Assembly: GCA_044892505.1 (NCBI GenBank)
Contig: CM097882.1
Span: 283,978,896-284,024,000, forward strand
DNA: 45,105 bases
Direction: 5' to 3'
Source of the DNA: Schmidtea nova
Lineage: Eukaryota
Both the position numbers and the translations under genes were made by a program. Below, piece after piece: positions 1 to 13,490 of this stretch. Positions within the stretch are counted from its first letter, which is position 1; each line of letters opens with the position of its first letter. The notes below the pieces were generated by a model. That model was not told where the DNA came from. It saw nothing but the letters and a program-made list of their open reading frames with translations, and did not search any database.

Positions 1-217
1 ATAACACTTTATAAAATAATTAATAAATTTGTATCGGATTATGCTCCTAGTTTTTCTATTATCTAGTTTTTCTATTATTATATACAGTTGAATTAATGTT
101 TACAGTTTTTTTATTATTAATGAATAATCTTATAGTTTTTTGAATTAATTATATAGTTGTTTTGTTCGTTAATTATATATTAATTGGTTTTATTTTAATT
201 TTAGATAATACATTGCC

Positions 218-222
<5 letters not shown>

Positions 223-304
<82 letters not shown>
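223..304. repeat. (TA)n microsatellite
   Basis: About 41 uninterrupted AT units. Confidence 0.98.
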
Positions 305-307
<3 letters not shown>

Positions 308-989
308 ACGTTCCCAATAGTGTACCTGGGTATAAATAACCAATTTGAGTACCCGGGTATACTAATTGGATTTATTATTTTTTCAGAATATTGCCATTTT
401 CCAATTAGAGTACCCTGGTATTATATTCAGAACTTGACGGTAGTACAAATGTATTTACTCTTTGGCATGTTTCACAATAATCATGTTTGATACACCAGGA
501 ATTATTATAAGCATGTATATGTGTATGAAATAGTAAATATATTATTAAGTATTTATTTGTTTGTTTGATTATTTATAAATTAACAAGGGATTTACTAGTT
601 TTTATTTTGTTTTGAATTCCAGCAAACAGGTATAGATTTTAACGTCAGTTTGGGACTAAAAGGGACATTATGCCTGCTATCCGTCACCCTTGAACTGACC
701 TGTGACAATCGGTAAATTATAGTTTTGATTCATTCGACTCTCAATTTTTGCGAATGTCAACCCATTTGTTGCAGTACCAGCGTTACACTGTAGTGTGCAA
801 CAAGATGATTAACTAACGTTTTATGTGTTAGTTGTTGATATTGTCAGCCATAGAAACAGTCAAGGTCATTTTGCTATCAACAACCCCCCAATAGTTACGA
901 TGGTTGAATTTACCATACTCAACATATAACAAATTTTAATATCTCGAATGTAAAAAATTGATCTTTTTCTGTCTCATTCACAATGATTC

Positions 990-1110
990 ATGAAATAAAC
1001 CTTTAATTAACTGATATGTCTGAATTTTCGTATTTATCTTTGAAGCGATTCTTAAAGACTCCAAATGTATAAGCAATGGTTTACCGACGTTCTAGTTTTA
1101 GAAATGCGCA
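990..1110 (-). pseudogene. Degenerate PIF/Harbinger (DDE_Tnp_4) nuclease fragment
   Basis: Minus strand reads RISKTRTSV, then after a frameshift TIAYTFGVFKNRF; resembles the family motif RLSRAR..IE.AFG.LK.RF. Confidence 0.45.
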
Positions 1111-2801
1111 GATAAAAAGCCTACAAAATGTTTTGTTAACTTTATATTTGTTTTATTCAGCACTACTTAAACCAGGTTACATTTTCATTTATTTGGTTCC
1201 ACCATTGCTGGAATAGAGATTTATTATTACAAATATTTTAATGTATCGACTAGAATCAATGCGGTTCCAATTCTCTTTATTTTGAACGGTCATGAACAAT
1301 TTCAAATTTTAAAACTTAATCACGCTCCCCTTAGAATAATGATTATTTGCCTGACCTATTTTTAACGTTATCAGTCATCTGAGTTTCAAGATTTCTTTGA
1401 CGGACATTGGATACACCGTCTTTCACTGACGTTTCTCACCTATAATACACGTGAGTGAGACGCGTCCAGGGTAATTACTCATGGTTATTATTCACTTTTT
1501 AAAATTTTTGGCATTAGTCATTTTAAAATGGCTTTCAAGTAATTTTATTTATTAGGATAACTTTTAAGGCTTTTATTTTGATCTCATAATGATATGAGAT
1601 CACTATAAAAGCTTTAAAAGGTTGTCTATGTTCTACAAATTAATTTTTAATTAGTTTGTAGGAAATTATCATTTTGAAATTATGCTTTTGAAATTATTTT
1701 CTTTCAAAGTGAGTTAAAATCATTTTTTTAAAAATTAAAATTTATTTATAAAACTAATATTCGATGCTTGCTACTACTTTTTCTGCTGTATGATAGATCA
1801 TCATATTTTTTATATTTATAAATTATATTTCTGATTGCCTATTTTGGTATTCCAAGTGAACTTGGTTATTTTCAATGACATTTATTATCCTGCTTCGTCA
1901 ATATCTGAAATACTAATCACAATCTAATAATTTTTTAAGTATAGATTATTTCAAATTAATATTTTCTGAAAAACCTTTCGGGTATCGAATGTTTTGTAAT
2001 CAGTAGACGTACCTGGAATATCTGAAAGGCTGAAAACATTGTAAATATTTTTTTAATTAAAAATAATTTATCCCATATTACTTCCTCATCGTCGCAAAAC
2101 GTAATAATTTTTAGTGAAGAATTTTCTGAAATTCTTTGAAAATATAAATTTATTAAAGAATTTTTATGGGCCATTTTAATTTTTAATGTTTCTGATGATT
2201 GAAATTTTGTGTGAGATTAAAAAATGAGACAATTAACTCGTCTGAAAGTTTACATCTGTTTTTTCTATGTTTTGTTTTTGTGTGTGATTGTTTTTTTCTA
2301 TAATAATAAATGATACGATTGAGTAAAATAGCAATGGACAAGGTACAGGTAAGCGTGTATTTTTCTATAGTATAAAATTACTGATTATTATAAGTGGGAC
2401 ACTTCAGTGAAACACAGTGTATGATAATCATAATATAAAATATGGATTCCATATGTTCAAGGATCTCAAAATAATGGCGCATCGGACCCGTTTAGGGTAA
2501 TTATGCCCCTGAATTTATTTCACTTTTCACAATATATTTAGTTAAAGTACTAATTTTTTAGAATATCAATGTCAGAAATTGATTTAATAATTATATTAAA
2601 TAAATAATTATTTATAATCAAAAGTATAACCGATGAGTGATAATATCAAGTTGTCCTCATTTGTCAAGTCATTCGCAACTCCGGATAAACTATTACCTTG
2701 CAGTATTGATAGTTAGATTATATTAATTGCTATTATCAATTAAAAGTTGAAATTAATATGATATTTAAAGTAAAAAAAAATCATCTAACAATAGTATTAT
2801 T

Positions 2802-3053
2802 ATGCCAGATATGAAGAACGAAAATGAACTCACGAGATCCAAGTCTCAAGGAAGCATTGTAAAATCCTCATCAAAATCCATTTTTGTCCATGATAACAAT
2901 TCAGTGTCGCAGCAAATTTTATCTGCCAAACTTCTGCGTTTGCCAATCCAAAAGAATGAAATTCAAAGCCTAAAGTGCAAGTTGGAAACCATGACGACAG
3001 AAAATCGAACTCTCCGAAACCAAAATTTCAAACAAGAAAAAGAACTAATTCAC
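2802..3053 (+). CDS. LCA5: Lebercilin-like protein, first recognised coding exon
   Basis: QQILSAKLLRL..KNEIQSLKCKLETMTTENRTLRNQNFKQEKEL matches the lebercilin domain start (ILSARLLKINELQNE...ENKSLKRLQYRQEKAL). Phase-0 donor GTAATT at 3054. A possible 5'UTR exon ends at 2348 (GTAAGC). Confidence 0.85.
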
Positions 3054-4305
3054 GTAATTCTGTATATTCAATTTGCTTGGAAAAGATGACTTTTACGGTT
3101 CCTAAATTCTTTTTAAAAAAATTTCTTTAATTAAAAAGGCCAAAATAGACAAACAAGGAAATTTTACGACTAGATATTTACAAATATTCCCTAACCAGCT
3201 GATGACACGCGAGTCACGTGACGTGGCAGCAGCAGCAATATTGCACAAGGTTCCATTTCTAGCAATTTATCCGGAAGCCAGAATAAGCAGAAGTGCAAAA
3301 GTTGTCCATTTTTCTTCACGAATTCTAAATAATATATTGCCATGGTTTTAAGTTTATTTGTTTATACAGCTTAATTGATTCTTTTGTCAAGCGTAATATT
3401 TTTTTACCTAAGCTGGCAGTATTGTTTTTGGAACGGAGCGAGTATTACCTAGCTGCAATATTTCATCAGCAAGAACTGCGACTTATGAAGCTTCACACCG
3501 CCCAGAAATCTTTACTTAATTTAAAATTTATCTTGGCTTTGTATAATGTTTAATATTATGCATTCCTAGGCATAATGCAATAGAAAAATGAATTTTGAAC
3601 CGTAAAAGCTATTTTTACTCCAATTTAAAATAATCTAAATGCGTGGTTATAAAACAATAAAATTGATTTACTAATTAATTTTGAAGGATTTACTTTTTGG
3701 AAGTTATTTCATGTTGCAAATTTATAATTTAATTTGATAGCTGCATATTTAGAATTTAACACTGCGCAATAAACTGACCCCGACAAATATGAGGTATCAC
3801 ATGAAACAACGGTTACTCAATGTGTCTTCTTCCCCAAAAATAAATATATAAATTATTATTATGTTTAACTATATTGCATTAAAAAATATTTTCAATTTAT
3901 TTTCATATAAAATGAAAAAAATGATATTATATTATTTATAAAAATATAAATATAAAGCCTGGCAGTCGCAATTTTTTGAATTTATATAAAATTTAATATA
4001 GATGATATTGGACCGGCAGGGAGAGGGCAGTCAGTGTCATTATTTATACTATAAAACAGAAAATAGGTGCATGTCTCTCCGAAACAGTGAACAGTAGAGA
4101 CTTGACATTTACACATGTCATTCTGGTTGTCAGTTCTAAGTCAATTGTGATATTTTCAACTTTCAAATATTGTTGTGTGTGTAACCTGAAGTACGTTCAC
4201 TGTGATATTTTCATTTAATCTCCAACTTTTAACATTAGCTTTTCAATTTACAAGTTTTAATATAATTATATATTAATGAATATATTATATTAATATATAT
4301 TAATG

Positions 4306-6916
4306 CAGGCGAACCCGCTTAATATCATGCTTACGGTTCCAAAAAAAAATCATGATATTAAGCGGGTCGTGATAATAACCGAAACTCGCTTAATATCCAC
4401 ATACGTGACATTAACCGAAAACTCGGTTATTATCATTATTCATGACAATAACCGAAATTTTATTTCAATAGAGAATTTATTTATGTATTTATTTATGAAA
4501 AAAAGACATTATATTGACTACTTAGTAATAATTTATTTATTTTTAATATACATCCAATATATTGACTAGTAATAATTCATTTATTTATTTATACATATAC
4601 ATATATACGCTCGCAAATTTATTTGAACCATTTTTCTAATGTTAATTGGCGTGTTTTGCTTTCATTTTTTAAGTGTGCTGAACTATATTATCCAACTGAT
4701 TTAAACAGTCCCAAGCTGCAGCATTGTTATTTGTTAAAAAAATTTGTATATTTTTAAAAGATTCTAAAGCAATCTTGTTGGTTATAGTTGTTGCAGTTGA
4801 TTCTGATTCATCGTCGCTATCATCACTTGCCGAAATTATTATTTTCATTTTGCTTTTTTTGTTCCACGATGGATTCCACAATCATTTGATCATTCAAAGG
4901 TTCTGAACATTCTTTATTGATATCCATTTCCAAATATTCATTAAAATCAAAATCCAGTTCATTTATATTCAAAGTAAGTTCGTCACTTTCAATTAAATCT
5001 GGAGCATTATTACAAAACTTTGCCTTTTTGAAACAATTTTGTACAGTTATGCTGCTAACCTTGTTCCATGCTTCTTTTATTAAAAGTACCGCATCCAATA
5101 GATTAAGTTTTTTTACTATTTGCCCAGCTTGTATTTGATCAGTGGAAGATTCAATTGCTGCTAGTAATTTCAATACAAGTAATCGACAATAATGGAACTT
5201 AAAATTGCGGATAATGCCTTGATCACATGGTTGAGCTAGTGATGTTACATTGGGTGGGAGGAAAATTAATTCGATGTTATTAAATTTTAACTTTGGATGC
5301 GCAGAGCAATTGTCTAAGACTAAAGCAATCTTCCGACTTTGAGAATACAGTTCTTTATCCCATTGACGTAGCCATTCTTCGAATATAGAGGACGTCATCC
5401 AGGCATTTAAATTATTTTTATAGTTTACAGGTAACTGTCTAACACCTCGAAAGCAACGCGGTGTTTTAGATTTGCCAATTACTAAAACTAGTTGCTTCTC
5501 ACCATCCATACTGGCACAAAGTAAAATAGTAACTCTTTCTTTTGATACTTTACTCCCAGAAAGTTCAGTTGCCTTAAAGACATGTGAACCATTCGGCATT
5601 GCACGCCACAAAAGGCCAGTTTCGTCGGCGTTGAAAATATCTTTTGGTTGATAGCGGCGGAATACATCGACCAAGGTTGTAGATAACCATTCTTCTGCTG
5701 CAGGAACATCTGCATCAACTTTTCCCCCATGTGCTTTTTTATATACGATTCCAAATCTTTTCTTCCATCTATCTAACCATCCATTAGTGGCCACAAAATT
5801 TATGACGATAGATCTCTAGCAAATGCTTCAGTTTTGACACGCAGTATTTCACCGCTGATGCTAATGTTGGTGGCTAAAGCACCCATAAACCATTTATACA
5901 ATGCTTTATCTATATCTTCAGCTCTGCTATGCCGTTTTCTTTTTCTATTGCTGTTTAAGTTTACAACATCAGATAATGCAATGAATCAATGTTGAATTTC
6001 TTAGCAACAGCTGCATATGTTTGTTTTGGTGGTCCATCACAAGTTGCTATAATATCCAATTTTTGTTTTACAGTTAATTCTGTTCGTTTACGTTCTGTCA
6101 TTTTTGATTTAGCCCTTGTAAGAAATTATAAATTACATACATGTGTATTAAAACAACAATCACTTTAATCTCAAAAAAAATTAAGAAAACTTATTAAAAT
6201 TTACCTCTGTTTATATCAAAACCCTGTAGATTTTGCTTGCTTCCAATAAATATATGTATTTTAAATTAAAATTATCAAGTTTCTGATTAGATATGTATTT
6301 CAAAACCATTTAATACTTTATTAGATAAAATATATATTGACAGAACTGCATCTAATGTTATTAACCAACTGCGCATTATCATCAATTCTAGGTGTGTTTA
6401 CTTTTTAAATGCTCACCTGTTACATTTTGGATGAGTACATTCAATATATGTATTTATGTGCAAATAAATGCGTTTTTTAAAAGATTTGAAAAACGAAAAA
6501 GGAAAATTGTTTAAATATGATTTTCACGGTTTTCTATCACCATCTTGCGTTTTTATTGTGCAATAAGTTTGTTTTTATAAGAAATATAAGAAAACAGTTA
6601 CAAAATATAGGAAATGTAAATTATATTTAATGTTTCAGTTTTAAATTTTTTAAACTTCTTTTGTGTGAACTTTGATAAAAAAGATTATAAAAAAATTCAT
6701 AAAAAATCATGATATTAAGCGAATTTGAAATATCAAAATAAAAAAATATTCATGATAATAAGCGGGAAATAGATATTATGCAAGATGATATTAACTGAGT
6801 AAAAATGTATTGATTTAATAGTGTTTAGCAAGTGGATTTTGAGTTTTAGTGATATTAAACGGGTCGTGATAATAACCGAGGTGATATTATTAATGAATAT
6901 ATTAATGATTAGACTG
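4306..6916 (-). mobile_element. Tigger/pogo DNA transposon (intronic)
   Basis: Imperfect CAG-starting TIRs (CAGGCGAACCCGCTTAATAT at 4306; ..ATTAATGATTAGACTG|TA ending 6916). Subterminal GATAATAACCGA repeats at both ends. Encloses the transposase. Confidence 0.7.
4669..6101 (-). pseudogene. Tigger-type transposase (HTH, CENP-B HTH, DDE_1), frameshifted
   Basis: MTERKRTELTVKQKLDII at 6101; GWLDRWKKRF, IFNADETGL, LVLDNCSAH, FLPPNVTSLAQPCDQGII; acidic tail continues in the 4669-4881 frame. Confidence 0.92.
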
Positions 6917-6942
6917 TATTTTGTAGGTATCACATGAAGTAA

Positions 6943-7410
6943 GGTCCAAAGGATATTTTAAACTTTCAACATAAGCTAGCATTAAAATTAGGCCAACGTC
7001 TAAATTACCAAATGTTAGCAAAAAAACTTGATTCTGTCTTTGACAAGTTCAGGGACGAGATTAAAGGGCTTAAATACAAGAGTGGGTGTTTTTTTATACC
7101 AATGTGTTATAGTTTGTTAGTGGAAAAAGAGTATATTAAGGCAAGTGGGATATCACTGAAGGGTTCTGACTTCAAACATAATTTTATTGTTTTTTAAGAC
7201 CAATCGAAAATATTAAGTATGAATCACCAGTTTTTTACAGAAAATAATAGTAAAGTAGTCTTAACTAACTTGGATGATAAAATGGTTTCGGTGGAGAAAA
7301 GCTAGAGTCTGGCTTATGGATATTATAGGGGTGTTGATGTGGTTATTGGGATGCGCGAAGTTGATCCTGACGACGAATTCCAAGATTATCAAGATGAATA
7401 TTTTCTCTGA
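6943..7410 (+). pseudogene. Degenerate ORF of unknown family (about 155 codons, 2 internal stops)
   Basis: The 7012-7197 frame extends upstream to 6943 and downstream through two stops to an acidic end (..EVDPDDEFQDYQDEYFL*); no motif recognised. Confidence 0.35.
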
Positions 7411-8009
7411 TTAAATTGTTATATTAAAATACAATGTCTTTTGAATCTTTATTTTTATGTGATAAATACAGGTTTTTATGTGAGTAAATATTTATGTATA
7501 GATAATTTGTCTGGTAAATTTTATTTATAATTTATTTGTCGGAAATCCAAAAGTCGAAACTTATTACATGTAAGTTTTACCATAATGTTGGTTTGAACCT
7601 GAGAATTGGTTTTTACTCTTGGGAAATCTTAGAGTTGACATTTTTCTACATGTAAATGCTTTTTACTTTGAAATTTTATGCTTTTTAGTGAGAATTTACC
7701 GAATTTACCGTCGCAATATTATCGCGCTGTATATAAATGTAGAGCACTTAAATTCTGTATAATTAAGGGAGTGAGATAATTAAGCCAACATCGATACAGG
7801 GGTAGGTTGTTTTAATGATGTCAAATAAAAAAAACATCCTGTTTTATATAGGATTCAATCAGCTTCTATCATATTTTAACAATTGGAATAAATTTTAAAT
7901 TCTAAGTTTTAAGATTTTACTCTTTTGGTTTCTACGACTAGTTTTTTGGAGTTGTCTACAATTGATAGTCTAAAAATAATTTAAAAAATTAATCAAACTT
8001 TATTTTAAG

Positions 8010-8282
8010 ATCAATAATCAAGACCTAAATGTCACAAAACTAATCGAGCAGCACGAGGCGGAAATTCAAATCTTCAAAGAACAATTGCGTAAAGCTAAAA
8101 CGACAATCACTCACGAACAAAGTCTAAGAAAGGAAGCTGAAAGCGAGTCAATGAAATTAAAAACAGCTTTAAATAAAAGTAAAGAAATTATTTGCAACAA
8201 AGGATTAATTGACAAAGCTGAATTGAAAAAACAGCTCGACGAAGCTTTAGAAAACCTTAATTCTACAAAAAATCTGCTTGAA
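8010..8282 (+). CDS. LCA5: Lebercilin-like protein, second recognised coding exon
   Basis: TTTTAAG acceptor ending 8009, GTAAAT donor at 8283, phase 0 at both ends. INNQDLNVTKLIEQHEAEIQIFKEQLRK...LIDKAELKKQL matches ..LIFRHNNEITALKERLRK...LPERDDLAKKL. Confidence 0.88.
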
Positions 8283-8775
8283 GTAAATTTATAAAAATTA
8301 TGTTAGTTTCGAATTTAATAATTCGAAATATCTTGCTGGATTTTTAATATTTTATAATTATGTTGGTATGATATTGTGTTTAGGGATCCCAAAATACTTA
8401 GCAGATGTAAGAGTATCATTAGTAATGTGAATATCACCAATTCCATTGCTATTGAAACAGCCCTAGGCCACAACGGACTTATTATATTTGAGTCTGTTTT
8501 ACATTTTCAGATTTAATTAGCTCTCCAGGCACCTTTCAATTTTATCATCTTCTATCACTTCTTTCTAAGTTTATTTTTGTTTCATCTGACCATATTACCT
8601 TTTCCCGATAATTTACCGTCCAATTTTTGACAAAATCAAATTTTGCTTTTAATTTCTTTTTTGAAGAACCGGCGATCACTTTCAAGTGTTCCGCGAAAAA
8701 ATCAAATGTACAATTCAATTAAAAATTGTAAACAAAAATTGTAAAGACAAACAAACGCGAGAGACTATGGAATTT

Positions 8776-9109
8776 AGAAGAAGAAATGCGAGTAGCTTTA
8801 TCATTTATTCGTCCCAATATCGCTGAGATCTGTAAAGATCGTCAAGCTCATGTATCGCATTAAGTTTGATATTTTTTAAAAGTATTGTAATTTTAATTGT
8901 GTTTTCAATAAATATATTTGCATCAATCAATATTTGTTTTTAATAAGTGTTTTTGCGAACATTATTCTATTTTTTATTGCTCTTTTGATTTTAAAAAGGT
9001 TAACTACCCGCGCCCCCTGTTTTAAAGTTTATGTTGTATTGTAGATGTTCCGCCTAAAAATATATCAGAGTTTAGTGTTCCCTGACTTCAAAAAGTTTGA
9101 GAACCACTG
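8776..9109 (+). mobile_element. hAT Buster/Charlie-type 3' remnant
   Basis: EEMRVALSFIRPNIAEICKDRQAHVSH* (8776-8863) resembles ZBED5/Buster C-termini; TIR GTTTGAGAACCACTG at 9095-9109; 5' end not found. Confidence 0.75.
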
Positions 9110-9324
9110 CCCTAAGTTAACAAAATTATTTCATGACAGAAATTCTATTTTTTTTTAAAATAATGTTAATATTTATTTGAAATTTTTTAATTTCTTGATT
9201 ATAATTTTTCTTTAACTGTAAATATTAAACATGAAGTATTATTATTATTAAAATCTAAAATTTCATTTTGGTAGGATACTTTTTTTGAAATAAATTATAA
9301 TTTTGATTATAAATTGTCACATGC

Positions 9325-9399
9325 ATAAATATTATGTAAGTAATATTGTATATACTATATACTATATAGTATATACAATATTACTTACATAATATTTAT
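9325..9399. repeat. Perfect palindrome, 36-bp arms, 3-nt spacer
   Basis: 9325-9360 is the exact reverse complement of 9364-9399. Confidence 0.95.
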
Positions 9400-9591
9400 A
9401 GTATATAGTATAGTATATAGCAATATAGTATATAGTATATAGCAATAACTTTTTGTGTTTTATATAAATATATGATAATTGAAATAATTAAATAGCATTA
9501 CTTCAAAAAAATTTTAAAAAACTAAGGGATCAGATGCTCTTTTCTTTAATTGTAACTCTTTCCAGAACATAAAAATTATGAAGCTATACAA

Positions 9592-9772
9592 CTTTAAACT
9601 TTAAATTTGTCTTGACATCCGACGTTTAAGTAATAAAGTTACAAGAATACTCAACATATTTATGTTGCATAAGCCTTTAAACTTTAAAGGCTTATGCAAC
9701 ATAAATATGTTGAGTATTCTTGTAATTTTATTACTTAAATGTCGGATGTCAAGACAAATTTAAAGTTTAAAG
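9592..9772. repeat. Near-perfect palindrome, 90-bp arms, 1-nt spacer
   Basis: 9592-9681 versus 9683-9772; two mismatches, both G:T. Confidence 0.95.
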
Positions 9773-12700
9773 CAGGCCTTATTTTAAGGAATTTTTATCA
9801 CTGCACAAACGGTAGTTTTTTCAGACGTGCCTTGATTGACGAGCCGGGAGTTATATACCCCTCCATTGTAATGACAACAGCCCCCTCCAAAATTTTGAAA
9901 ATTTGGGTACATGTGTGCATTCATTATACACACCACACACCCCAATGGAGGTGAACCCCCCCCCCCCCCCCGAGGTGGAATTTCTGGCGGAAATCCTGTT
10001 GAGGAGAATTCCCTTCTAAAACGGTGTTTGATCTAAACTGGTCAGTTTTGGAGGTGCAACATCTACATATTTAAGACCACTTGGGAGATTTGTGTTTTTG
10101 AGGGTATAAGGAAACACATCTTGATTAAACACTGCCTCTAAAATTGACAATGTAATAAATTGGTTTTACCTTTATGTCTGCACAAAATGCTGAGTAAAAT
10201 TTTAAAAGGAGCAAGAAGCTAATTTTCAATTTCGATACCTATATCGAGCAACAAGAATGTTTTCAATTAAAAGATGTTTGTCTTTAAAAGTTTTCCATGA
10301 CTCATTGTTCAAATATGAATGTTAAATGATCGGAAATGCCCTCCAATTTGTTTGATTAATAATATAAACAACAACACTAAACAGATAATAATAATGAAAT
10401 TGATACAAACACAAGATGTGTGCGTGTGTATGAGAGAGAGAGAGAGAGAATAAACACAGAGAAATCATAGAAACATGACATGCATCAAAATTTCATGTTT
10501 TTTAATTTCATATCAAATGTTTCCGTTTCTTCTGTGGGACAGGGGGATATGAAAATGTTTTTTAACCATTCTTGGTCTTGAGTCTTTGGAGTATCTCGGA
10601 CTCTTCTGTTTTTCGCAGTCATCCATTTCATCACCGCAGGCCGTGGGTCGAAGGCAGAGAGAGGTGGCATGTTCATAAAAATGTGCAGATAGTTTTTAAT
10701 CGTTTTCCTATTCAAACAAGAGCGAGAAGAAGTTTTGAGTAGATTGTATGCTGATATAATTCTTTCACAGTCAGCAGAATGGAGCTTGCATACCAAAATC
10801 CGGCTGAACACTTTAGCTAGCTCATCATATTACTCAGACTTGCACATTTGCTGGAGTGTCTCCAAAGGTTTTTTGTTCTCGTTGCGACTTTGCAAAACAT
10901 CCGTATATTGGTCATTAATCGTAGCCAGGTCAAGGTCAGGAGCAAATGTGTGAAGAACACTCCGTATATTCTCATTGTTCGCCTTGAACGTGACAAAATT
11001 TGTGGTGACATTTGTGTATGTGTCACTGAGAGCAAGTCGAGATTCCATGAAATGTTTTATTGTTAGAACTGTTTCTTGACGAACAGCAGAAAAGTCTCTT
11101 TCTTATGACACAAACATATTTCTCGCAATCATTCGACGTTCTTTTTCCCAAAGTTAAACACCATGTAAAACATTCTCAGGCGTAAGATTCTCGCAGAGAG
11201 CTTCTTCCCATTCTCCAAGCAGAGGTTTTCCTTGTAAAGTTTCCAGCTTTTTGAGAAAATGGGACACTTCTTTGGGCAAGTCGACAATGGTGATTGAGTC
11301 AGACTGCAACCGCTTTTGAAAATTAGTTAGGAGAAAAATTAGATCAGCCATGAACGCCATCAGTTGGATATTTGTTTTGTTCGATAACATTTTCCCAAAT
11401 TTCTTGTTTTGAGAACCTTCCACTGTGCTGAAATACTTTGTTAGAGCTCGCCAGGAAGAGAGAACAGCATCCAAGAGTGAGTGAGAGAACTGAGCCCAGC
11501 GAACTTCAAAATATTTTGGTAGACGTCGAACTGTCAGTCCACTTTCGTTGACAACTATTTCGAGCTCGGTTGAATGCTTAGCGCTCATATGAAAATAAGT
11601 GGATATACCAGAAACCTTCTCGAGTAAATGAGATATGTCTGTCACATTTTTGCATAGATCCTTGAAAGCCAAAGCCGAACTATGAACACCACAGACGGAT
11701 TTAAGTAAGGGCAAACTGCTTTGTCGCTCTTTTCGTTCTCGATCAAGCAAAGGCCAGAGGCCTTCATGTTTCCCGACATTTTTTGGTTCTCCATCCGTCG
11801 ACAAGTGTGTGATTATGTTTAATAAGGCATCAAAACCAACTGTTTCTTCTGATTCTTCTTTGATTGCCTTTAAATGTTCAGTTGCTCCACTTTCTGGGAC
11901 TTGCCCGATGCCAATGAATAGTAAACGTTCATGGCCATTGGGATTTATCGTTTTCATCAGTTCGAACTGGTTCTCTTTTTGAGTGCGATCCATCGAAGAA
12001 TCAAACCGAGAGGAGGCAGCAAGACATGTTTTGACCTCACGCTTGAAGCGTGGCATATCCGCCACTACGATTGCTTCCATCATCTCGTGCTGTGACAGAG
12101 GAGAAATATATTGTAGGTCTATGTTGGGTGATGAGAAAGGAGTGAATGGCTCATTAATGTGGAATAATTTAGACATTTCCTCAGCAACTACGCGAGATGG
12201 GAAAGAATAGGTTGAAATTGTTAGATTTTTGGCATCATTGTACACATGGTACATCAGTCCACCGATTTTATCGGCAAGAGTAGTATTCATTTGGTTGATT
12301 GATTTAATAAGAGGAACTTCTTGAAGTTTTTAAGACATTGATAGCGACGCAAGACAAGCTGCTTTATAACTCTCCTCATGGATGTCACTATTCAAATGTA
12401 TTTTAATTACCTCGCTTCGATGTTCAGTCCCACTTTCAGTGCATATAGGCGGTAGCCTCTGCCTGTAACAGAACCGTTTAGCAGTGTCTTGTTGTTCTAT
12501 ACAAATACGGTATCGCACACGTTTGCACTGGCCTTTGTGGTTTGGCACATTTTCGACGCACGAGAAGGCAACTGGTGATTTATGATCAACAGAGTTCTGT
12601 AGCGCAATAGACGAAGAATCAGTTGTTTCAATGGAATCCGTATTCTCAGACACATCACACCTAGAATCAGTAGACACATGAGGATCAATACACTTCTGTG

Positions 12701-13490
12701 ACACAATGGACGAAGAGTCAGACGATTCAAAATTATCAATGGAGTTCTCGGCTACAACACATGAAGAACTGGTTGATGGAATAGATTCAATAGAGTGCAA
12801 TTCACTGACTGAAGGAATGTTTGGAGATGGTTTAAAAAAAGCGAAGATGTTCGTTTGGATAGACATTACAAGAACACCTGAGCTAATTCAATCACAACTG
12901 AATGCTGGAAAATGAATGCACGGACAGCGGAAAAATAACTAGTGCGTGGTTCACAAACTGGTTGTAGGCGAGTCTACTGTTTAAAAATGGCCAAAGGAGG
13001 GTATGCTTCAACACTTAAACGAGGGAGAGGAGACAGTAGACTGAATTCAAGCACATTTTATTCACACGCATGGGTTCCATTCCCGTATTAGATAATTTTA
13101 TAAACTACACTATGTATTCATAAAAACGTTGTATGTAAACCTAATTCCATAATCAGCAAATTCTATTCACACCTTCACACAGACAAAAGTATCAGAATTA
13201 CGTGTGTAGGGGTTATCAATCGCTAGCGTGTGTATACATTGTATTAAATATTTTGACAGGACTGTCTGTGATAGGCGAAAGACAAACAACTCTCTCCATA
13301 AGGTCTGTTTTGCTTATAGATGAGGCGCCTCACTATCATGTGATTGAAATAAGGACCAATCGCGTGAAATTAACAGGAGAGCAATGTCAATATGATAAGA
13401 AATTAACGCTAATTCAAAATTTCTAACAAAAACAGTACATTTTATCACTGCACATCTTTCATTTATCACTGCACGTTAAAATAAGGCCTG
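9773..13490 (-). mobile_element. Full-length hAT DNA transposon (ZNF862-like transposase)
   Basis: 15-bp TIR CAGGCCTTATTTTAA / TTAAAATAAGGCCTG; 8-bp TSD GTTTAAAG (9765-9772 and 13491-13498); subterminal TTATCACTGCAC repeats. Confidence 0.95.
10485..12866 (-). pseudogene. hAT transposase, about 793 codons in one frame with 4 internal stops
   Basis: ORFs 12330-12866, 11154-12290, 10830-11048 and 10485-10811 share a frame. Motifs: RFDSSMDR, LSTDGE, VCGVHSSALA, EVRW, HSADCERIIS (hATC). Confidence 0.92.

Noticed and set aside
305-700. TGTTACG after the TA repeat as a solo LTR start
   Set aside because: No matching CA end, TSD, PBS or second copy found
1956-2174. 72-aa minus-strand ORF
   Set aside because: AT-rich low-complexity translation with no motif
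2310-2348. MIRLSKIAMDKVQ as first coding exon of the lebercilin gene
   Set aside because: Its phase-0 donor does not match the acceptor at 2794, which needs phase 2; at most a UTR exon
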